A stretch of DNA of 64,000 nt, taken from the NCBI GenBank assembly GCA_963669175.1, contig OY769902.1, forward strand, positions 3,008,001-3,072,000, read 5' to 3'. This document shows, piece after piece, positions 18,787 through 28,000 of the stretch. This DNA is from a bacterium (GTDB taxonomy: Bacteria; Electryoneota; Electryoneia; Electryoneales; Electryoneaceae). Position 1 is the stretch's first letter. Each line of letters starts with the position of its first letter. Made by a program: the position numbers and the translations under genes. The notes beneath the pieces were generated by a model. The model was not told the DNA's origin. It ran no database searches and saw only the letters and a program-made list of their open reading frames with translations.

Positions 18787-20196
18787 CTAGCGCATACGTT
18801 CGCGAAGTAGTGAAAGAGCTACTTGTGCGGATTCCCAGCGGGGGTTGATAGAAAGCGCACTCTCAAGTGCATCTTCCGCTGCTTCAAAGTCACCCTTTTC
18901 TGTCAGGGCGTTTCCCAGGTGTAAAAATGCGCTCGCATTTGAAGGCCATAGCCGAATCGCTTCTTCAAATTGTTCAATGGCTGCATCATTCCTGCCGGCG
19001 CTGAAATAGGCCAGACCAAGGTAGTCATGATACCGGGACGTCTGATCTGAATAGGATACATATTGTCTGACTGATTCTTCATCAAAATATACCAGGTCAC
19101 TATCTGTCACGCCTCTTCGAAGCATATCTCTGGTAGCCAAATAGACATCATGTCCATGATCTTTGTCAGAAGTGGAAGTGATCGGAATGATATAGTCCGG
19201 GTAAGCAGTATCCAACAAGCGACGGTTTACATAGTAGAGGTCTTCGCCCACAAGTTCCCCCTGCATCATTTCATTTACTTCATCAGGAATTTCAATATCA
19301 GAAAACAGATCAGAAGTACAGAAAGTCTCTTCTCGCAACATTTTGTTTAACTGGCTGATGACCCTTTCTTCTGGGGTTTGGTCGTCGTTGTCATGATTAT
19401 TGATGACAGGTGCGATGTATGCCCAGATGTATTGATCGAGAGGGGTATGCTGCGCCTGGAGCCTTTGCAACCAGTCCTTTGTGTGGTTCAGATCTGAAAG
19501 AGCCAGGAAAGGAGATACATAATTATTGATTTTAACCTGAGTTAAGATATCAACATACAGAGTCCACATTCCGGGTTTGTGTTCCAGGGCTTTCTGGTAT
19601 GAATCGATCGCATCATCATATTGCCCCAGGGACATATATACATTCCCGAGGTTCTTGTAAATAATGCCCTTCTTCAATCCCATTTCGAGTGAACGCTGAA
19701 ACATTCCCAGGGATTTTCTGTATTCACCTTGAGACGCGTAAATCATTCCGAGATTATTGTAAATGAGATCCTCTTCCGGTGGATCCATCTCAAGCGCTTT
19801 ATACAACCAATCGAGTGCCTGTTCTTTTTCGCCGATCTGGTAGTACAGTTTTCCCAGGGCTACACATGCCTCAGGATAATCAGCCTTAATTTGCAGTGCT
19901 GAGAGGTAATGGGCGGCTGCATCACGAAGTAATCCGATTCGCTCTTTTTCACGACCGAAGCTGAGCTGTTTTTCCGCTTCATTTGCTGCGCCCATGTCGG
20001 ATTGCGAGGCCAGCCATGGCATATCACCAAAAAAGAACAGGAAAATGACTATCATGGAAGGAACTGCCAGGACAAGCCAACCAATCCAGGAGATATTTCT
20101 GGTGGTAGCTTGTGTCTCTTCCGCGGCAACATCGCCAGAAGACATCGTGATCCGGGCATTAATTGCGACGTTTTTGTTTTTCTTTTTTTTCGCCAT
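18787..20196 (-). CDS. Membrane-anchored TPR protein
   Basis: N-terminal TM; TPRs (YNNLGMIY, YKNLGNVY, YLGLAY, FLHLGNAL) on both sides of a non-TPR insert. Confidence 0.85.
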   Translation of the reverse strand: MAKKKKNKNVAINARITMSSGDVAAEETQATTRNISWIGWLVLAVPSMIVIFLFFFGDMPWLASQSDMGAANEAEKQLSFGREKERIGLLRDAAAHYLSALQIKADYPEACVALGKLYYQIGEKEQALDWLYKALEMDPPEEDLIYNNLGMIYASQGEYRKSLGMFQRSLEMGLKKGIIYKNLGNVYMSLGQYDDAIDSYQKALEHKPGMWTLYVDILTQVKINNYVSPFLALSDLNHTKDWLQRLQAQHTPLDQYIWAYIAPVINNHDNDDQTPEERVISQLNKMLREETFCTSDLFSDIEIPDEVNEMMQGELVGEDLYYVNRRLLDTAYPDYIIPITSTSDKDHGHDVYLATRDMLRRGVTDSDLVYFDEESVRQYVSYSDQTSRYHDYLGLAYFSAGRNDAAIEQFEEAIRLWPSNASAFLHLGNALTEKGDFEAAEDALESALSINPRWESAQVALSLLRERMR

Positions 20197-20205
20197 AGTG
20201 CTTTA

Positions 20206-21501
20206 CTAACAGGTCATGTGAAGAACAAAGAGAACGTTTTTACCTTGCGCCTTCAAACGATTAAAAGTCTTGATAGCGACTGGCGAAGGTTCTATAATCA
20301 CCTGGTTGCCGCGCATGGTGTACCGGTTAAAAAGAAAATGTGTTCCTACACCTGTAGTGAACCCTTTCCCCCCACGATTCCGAGAACCGCTTCCGATCAG
20401 AATAATGTCAGGCTTTTGCTCTTGAAGATAACGCTTATCCTGGGAACGGAAATGGTGCTTCTTGTCAACGAATCTGAAGGTGCCGTCCGGGTAAATCAGT
20501 GCATCAAAAAACACCAGGGGAATACCCTTGTACACAGCAAATCCATGCTGGTAGTGCATCATCTGTTTGTCTCGGTTCACCAGAAAGGAGGCGCCAAGAC
20601 TTACAAAGGCAACCAGCAGTACAGCCAGAACACCAATTCGGACAGCTTTGTGCCGCATGTAATGGATAATCGTCATCAGGAGAAAAAAGGCGGGGAAGGA
20701 TATTCCAAGCAATACCCACGCCTCTTCAGGTTCGGAAAGCAGTGGACTAGTGAAAGTAAAGACGATAGTCAACAACAATACCATCAAAAGCGCGTTGCCG
20801 GGCTTCCTGAAATAATCCTTCGGATCTCGCTGCCAGGGACGGAAATTCTTCAGTTGTATCGTGCCATATGATTCAGTGATGAAGAGGACGATTATCAGTC
20901 CAATGCATGCGCCCATGGAATCCTTGGTAATATCGCTGATGTCGAAGGTGCGATTGGACAGGTAATACTGGAAAGCCTCATCGAAAAAGGACATGAGGAC
21001 TGCCGAGGAGAATGCAAGGAGGATCATGCGATTCTTCCGCATTTTATAGGCATTGTGGGCGCGGAAGAAGAAAAAGATATAGGCGCAGTATGTCGTGTAG
21101 TGCCAATTCTCCTGCAATTCAAAGAATGACATCTCCAGATATATGTCCATCAGAGACTGAGAAAAAGCGATTAATATGAGGCAGAACACACCGGCAAAAA
21201 CTTTGCGTAGCGTAATTTGTTTTCTGTAGTAGAAAAGAAATCCTACGAGGAGTACAATTGCTGATGAGAGAACCAGCGGAATCTCGAACCTGTCGAACAA
21301 GGTAAAATTGAATCGAGATACAATATGAACAACCCCCTGAAGATATTTGGTCACTACAATAAATGGAGTGAGAACAACGAGGATTGTAAACAGGATGTAC
21401 TGGGTAGTCGCGTCAATCCGTGCTTTATCAACCGGGGATTTGTTACCCATAGGTGTTTTTGGTTGTTTGGTTAGCGGAAAATGTTCTCGAAAGAATAGCA
21501 C
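20206..21501 (-). CDS. Membrane protein with VanZ-like domain and C-terminal Mth938/AAMDC-like domain (start may be 21450)
   Basis: ENWHY..Y and DEAFQYYLSNRTFDISD (VanZ-like); PDIILIGSG..AIKTFNRL..GK.V..LHMTC (Mth938-like). Confidence 0.7.
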   Translation of the reverse strand: MLFFREHFPLTKQPKTPMGNKSPVDKARIDATTQYILFTILVVLTPFIVVTKYLQGVVHIVSRFNFTLFDRFEIPLVLSSAIVLLVGFLFYYRKQITLRKVFAGVFCLILIAFSQSLMDIYLEMSFFELQENWHYTTYCAYIFFFFRAHNAYKMRKNRMILLAFSSAVLMSFFDEAFQYYLSNRTFDISDITKDSMGACIGLIIVLFITESYGTIQLKNFRPWQRDPKDYFRKPGNALLMVLLLTIVFTFTSPLLSEPEEAWVLLGISFPAFFLLMTIIHYMRHKAVRIGVLAVLLVAFVSLGASFLVNRDKQMMHYQHGFAVYKGIPLVFFDALIYPDGTFRFVDKKHHFRSQDKRYLQEQKPDIILIGSGSRNRGGKGFTTGVGTHFLFNRYTMRGNQVIIEPSPVAIKTFNRLKAQGKNVLFVLHMTC

Positions 21502-22070
21502 GACCAGCTAGTATAATAAAGCTGAGAATTCTCTTCGCCAATAACGGTAAACAAAGTAAGCCCTGAATGGCTTATCTCCGAGAGCCTGTCAGAAGTTCGA
21601 GAGAATCCGTATACTTCAAGTTCTGATGAGAAAGAGTAAAAGGGCATCGCATATAAATCAGGTCTTGACTCAGCGTGTTTTTTGCATGCAGTTTAAAGTG
21701 TTTCGGTGATTTTGAAAACTGGGAAGATGTTATGAATTCTCAGTTTCCGGCTAGAGTACTGCTTTCTTCGATTCTTCTTCCAGCCACATCGTTGCATGGT
21801 AATCCACGGTATGTTCTTGAAGCTGAAGAAGCTCTTCTGCCTCAGAAAATACTGATTGCCGAGCAACGGCTCCGTTAAGTTTTTGCTTTTTGTGATTTTA
21901 CAGATACCTGATAGGTTCAGATTTTCAAACCGAAAACAGTTGCAAAAGCAACAGGGAGGTTACGAAAACCCAATTTTGTTGTTATCGTTGGAAGGGGTGA
22001 GACAAGTTGGCAGATCTTGGTGGGGATTTGCCTTTAGTAGTTTGCTAACGCTTACGGTTTCACTACAGGA

Positions 22071-25000
22071 GTGAGAGGAGTAAGAATGCAAAGGTACTGT
22101 GCGTTGTTTGTCATCGTCCTTCTTCTTGTGTCTGCAGGTTTTGTCATGGCGCAGGAGGGGACGAATTCAAACATCGATGATCGTGGAGAAGTGATACCGA
22201 GCTGGGTACCAAATCTTGGTCAGCCAGTTCAGTCACGCTTTAGCGAGCTTGACGAGGTGTCAATCGCCTTTGTCCGGGATGCTGTGAACGGATGGGGCAA
22301 CATTGCCACGATTCTCGATACGATGGCAGAACTAACCTACGACGTCATTACATCTGCAGATCTGGCGACTGCCGATTTGTCTGAGTATGTAGCGATTGTC
22401 GTGGATGGAAACCAGTCTGGCACATTCTACACGAACATCAATGCCAACATGGATGTGTTGGAAGAGTTCGTGGATGATGGTGGCTGGCTGGAGTTTCATG
22501 GTGCTAACAACTCACACAACCCTTATTGGGAATTGTGGGATGGTACCACCTACATTTATTCGCTTAACTCGACAACCAACTACATTCAGGATGATGAGCA
22601 CCCGATTGTAGAAGGTGAAGCAAACCCGGAAGGTAATAGCTGTAACCACGGCTATTTGACGGATTATCCTGATGATGCGAACATCATTGTGTCGCAGGAT
22701 GAAGCTGGCGTCAACGCCACCCTGATCGAGTATGCATATGGATCAGGTAATGTTGTTGTTACCACCATGACTTATGCACATATGTGGAACAACAACTACG
22801 CTGGCGCCTACCTTGCCGGCAACACGCTTACCTACGTAGTCTATCACCCCATCTGGGGCGCTCTGATGGGCACGGTCACCGATACGGGCGATGATCCTAT
22901 CGACGGCGCGGAGATCAACGTCTACGATGAGAATGATGAATTTGTAGCTACCACGACCTCAGATGAAAACGGTGACTACGAAATCATTGAAACGCTTTTT
23001 GAAGGCACGTACTACGTAACAGCTTTCGCACCCGGATATGTCCTGGCTACAGAAACCGATGTGGCGATCGTGTCTGAAGATACGACGACGGTTGATTTCA
23101 GCCTGGCTGCAAACGAAGAAACTGTTACGATTTCCGGTACTGTCATTTCGGCTGATACACCTGACACACCCATTGCCGGGATCACTGTGTATATCCCGCT
23201 GCTGGATGTTTCAGATGTAACCGATGAAAACGGTGATTTCGACCTTGGAACACAGTTCACGGGCACCTATACATTTGTGATCAGCAATGATCCTGAAGGA
23301 TCAGAAGTCTATCACACAATGTCCTTCGCCGGTGTTGAAGTTGATGATGACGCGGTCCCCCTTTCATTCTCGGTGTATGAAATTCTGCCTCCGCAGAATC
23401 TCGCCGGCGCATCTGAAAACGGATCTGTCACTTTGTCCTGGGATCCTCCGGCAAATATGGAGCAGGATGAAATGATGGCTGCAGCCCTGGAACAGGAAAT
23501 CGGCTGGCTGGCCGAAACCATCGAGCTGATTGAAGCCCGGGGTACACAGCAGGAACGCGCTAAACTGCCTCTGATCGAGCAGGAAATGTATCAGAAGCAG
23601 TCCATCCTGAATTCTATCGAACGCCGTCGTGAACAGATGGAAAACGGTGAAGAGCTGGATGAAATTACCGATTTCCTGGGTTATCGTATCAAGATGACCT
23701 ATCCCAACGGCCTCGAAAGCCTCTTGGATGATTACGTCACAGCCACAACGCATACCGTTGGCAACCTGCAAAACGGTAACCTGTACAACTTCATGGTTGC
23801 TGCTGATTACGGATATGGCGAAGACTACCTTGTCTGGTCCAACGAAATCAACATTCGTCCGCTTCCAACCACGGGTTACGTTGTTTCTGTAGTTGATTAC
23901 GACTGGATCGAAATCAACCCGGCTAACGGTGGTGACGGTGAGGTTGCCATTAACGCAGGTGATGATAGCAACTCTGGTGAAATTTCCTTTGCTCCGCTCT
24001 CATTTGAGTACTGGGGTAACGATTATGACAGCTTTGGCGCTTGCACCAATGGTTGGTTCAGTTTCACAAACTTTACCAGTGGTTCGATCACAGTAGACTT
24101 GCCGAATACGGCTTTACCGAACGCAGTATTGCAAGCTCTCAACGGTGACTTCCATGCTGGCGTGGCTGATGACGACATGGCCATCTGGTACTTGGTCGAT
24201 GATGAAGAAGACTTGGTCGTGGTCCAGTACCTACTCCGTCCGTTAGGTAACACCGAATACCGTTACTCTTACCAGATTGTTCTGGATTGTGCGAATGGTT
24301 CCATCCAATTCAACTACGAAGAAGCAGATGACTGGCCCTACTACCATCGCGGTCCGACAGGCATAGAAAACGTGGATGGCACCGAAGCCTACATCTGGGA
24401 CTACACACTCATTGAAGATGAGTATTCCATTTTCTTCCAGGCTCCAGACTGGGATTGGGGTTCCATCAGCGGCATGGTATACGATGATGTGACGCTTGAT
24501 CCCCTTGAAGGCGTTACAGTTGTTGCAACTGACTCAGAAGACATGACCTGGACATCCGAGACGGATGAAAATGGTTGGTTCACTGTGCTGGTCAACGCTG
24601 AAGACGGTCCCTGGGATCTGTCACTGAACATCCCTGGCTGGTACGAATCGACAGTAACCAACGTAACTATTCCGGTAGACAGCTTTGGTGTACAGATTGA
24701 TGATGTCTACATGGAAGGTGTGCCGATTGGTTATTATGACGATTTCGAAGATGATCAGGGCCCATGGGAAACCAGTCTCAACAACATTCCCGATGACTGG
24801 GATTGGGGAACCCCGACTTCCGGTCCAGACGAAGCGCATTCCGGTGTAAATCTCTGGGCTCAGAACCTTTCCGGCAACCACCATGGCGCGCCATCATACG
24901 GTGCAACACGTGGTGATACACTTTGGTCAACGCAAGAGTGGTATGTTGGTTCTGAAGATGCCGTGCTTACATACTGGCACTGGCATGACTACTATATTTC

Positions 25001-28000
25001 AGGCACTACATTCTACAACGGTTACAATGTCCAGATTTCTACCGATGGCGGTATGAACTGGGATATCATTACACCTATTGGTAACTACGATGGTTCATGT
25101 AACTACATGGGTGAAACCGGGTATCCGCTTGCTGAAGCTATTTTCGGTGGAACAACCGATGGTTGGGAACAAGTAGCTTTTGAACTGGGCGATTACTTCG
25201 GCGAAGATATCATGCTGATGTTCCACGCTGCCGGATACTACTATACCGGGTACCAACGTGCTGGTGTCTACATTGATGACGTGCGCCTGCATGGTGTCCC
25301 GGTACCGAGCCGCATTGAAGGTTACGTCACAGATTCAGGTGATGAATCCGTAATTGCAGGCGCGGATGTCAACCTGTGGTATGATGGTGAAGTTGTTGGT
25401 CATGGTGTCACTGATGAAAACGGTTTCTACAGCATCAACGAAGTAGTGCCTTCGCTCTATCGTCAAAACGACTACGAGCTTGAAGCGTTTGCCGCGTTCT
25501 ACATGGCAGACACGCTTCATGCTTACGATGTAACGGAAGGTGATACCCTCGTTGCCGATTTCGAACTTGATGAAGAAACACGTACTTCGAATATCTTCGG
25601 TTCAGTATTCTCCGAGGATACACCTGACACGCCGGTGGAAGGCGCCCTGGTTACGATCCCGCAGTTGGGACTGACAGAAACAACCGATGCCGACGGCGAA
25701 TTTGATTTTGGCGCCCAGATTATCGGTATCTATACGCTAGTCGTTCATTTCGATACGCCGCAAACATTCCACGAAACCCATTTCTACAACCAGCAGATTA
25801 CAGTAGACAACGAGTCTATCGACTTGTTGATTCCGGAAATTATGCCGCCTGCTACTTTCAGTGCGGATGATAGCGATATGGCTATCGTTCTGACCTGGAC
25901 GGATCCGGCAAACACACCGGAAGAAGATCTGATGCAGCTTCGTGTCGATATCGAAGCCTTCCGTGCCTCGATCAACGAACTGCGCAGCACTGGTGATCCC
26001 AGGGCTCTGGCGAAGTTGCCGGAAGAAGAGCAGCGCCTGTTCAGCATGGAAAACCGTCTCGCGCGTCTCGAGCAGCTTGCAGAACTGGAAATTGATGATA
26101 TCGAAGACTTCCAGGGCTACAGGATCTATCTTGATGGTGAAATCCTGGATACACTGCTTTATCCGTGGATTCATACTTACACCATTAATGGCCTTTCAAA
26201 CGGTCATGAGTACCATGTCAGTGTAGCCGCGGATTACGGGTATGATGAAGACTACCTCGTCTGGGCAACCGACGAAGAAGGCGAAATCACCGGAATCCGT
26301 CCGCTGCCGCCGGCTGGATACGTTTTCAACCCGATGGAGTATGAGTGGATTGAACTTGATCCCGATGAAGGTGGTGACGGTGAAGTCGCACACGACAATG
26401 GTGACGATGCGAACAGCGGTGAAGTCTCATTCGCGCCGCTTGAGTTCGATTTCTACGGAACAACTTATTCCAGCTTCGGCGCTTGCACCAACGGCTGGAT
26501 GAGTTTCACCGACTTCACGAGTGGAACCATTGGACCAGCGTTGCCATCCACTTCCGCACCGAACGCAACCGTGATCGCCCTTAACGGCGACTACCATGCA
26601 GGCGTTTCCGGTGACGATTGCAACATCTGGTACCTGGTTGACGAAGCGAATGATCGTGTTGTCATCCAGTTCCGTCTGCGTCCCTATGGTGGTTCACACA
26701 CGGATTACCGTCACAATTACCAGGTCGTCCTGGATTGTGAAACCAACGCCATGCACTTCAACTACAACACATCTGAAGACTGGATGGAATATGTACGTCA
26801 GAACGGTGTTGTAGGCGTTGAAAACGAAACCGGTATGGCCGCATCCACATTCAACATGGAATCCATCGTTGATGAGATGTCTCTTTCAGTCCGGTACGTA
26901 GAAGCATTCGGTAACGTAATCGGGACAATTACCGATGCCAATGAAGATCCTATTGCAGGCGCATATGTATTCCTGCAGGAAGATCGGTCCGCATACGGTA
27001 TCTCTGACGAAAACGGTTTCTACGAAATTCTGCTGGCCAACACTGAAAACGCACCGTACACCGTTGTCTGCGAAGCCGATGGTTATGTGCGTGAAACTGT
27101 TCAGGATGTTGACTGGGAGAACGGTGAATTTGATCAGGAAGTAGACTTCCAGTTGGATGTGATCAGTGATCAGACACCGCCTTACTTCGTGAGCTGGGAT
27201 GTAGACTACGACGACCGCCTGAGCTTCGTGCTTGGTGAGCCTGGCGCCTACCAGCACATGATGACCATGCAGTATGATGATGGCACCGCTGCTGATGCGT
27301 GGGTTATCCCGGCCAATGGTGAGAATGCCATGTGGGCGGTTCCGTTCGAAGCATCAACAGAAGCCCGCATTGTTCAGGCTGAAATTCGTGTCACCATACC
27401 GAACAGCGCCTGGGGTAACTGGCCGGATGCACAGTCTGATCCAGTGATCGTAAAGATCTTTGCTGATGACAATGGCCAGCCGGGTGAAGTACTGTACACC
27501 TCACCGGCAACTGTTGCTCAGCACGGTTCTGTAGTGATTAATCCTTCGCTTGAGATCGAAGGCAGGTTCTGGGTTGGCTTCTATGCCCAGAGTGGTCTTG
27601 AAGCGCTTTGCGTTGACACCTATGCCAACAATGGCGACCTGGTCAGCATGACCCTCGATGGTGAGAACTGGCAGCAGTTTGAAGTCAATGGTGATCCGAT
27701 GATCCGCATTGATCTGCATTCCGCCAGCTCCATCGAAATGGTTGACATTGACGATCTTAACTTGCCGGAAGCTACTTTCGACAAGGGCGCAGCCGTACCG
27801 GTTGCTGCAACACATCAATCCCCGGTTTACGGCGTTCTCGCGCCAATGTATTCACCCAAGGCTTCGTTGCGTGAAGGCTGGAATCGTGACCTGCGCAGTG
27901 AACTGGATGAATTCCTTGGCTTCAACATCTACTACTCAACAGACGGTGAAGATTTCGAATTGGCGAACGAAGATCTGATCGAAGATACAGAATACGATCT

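Noticed and set aside
21517-21544. Sigma28-like sites (TAAA-N16-GCCAATAA here; GCCGATAA at ~45647 and ~41781)
   Set aside because: Imperfect -35 or -10 elements, far from or unrelated to plausible targets; could be chance
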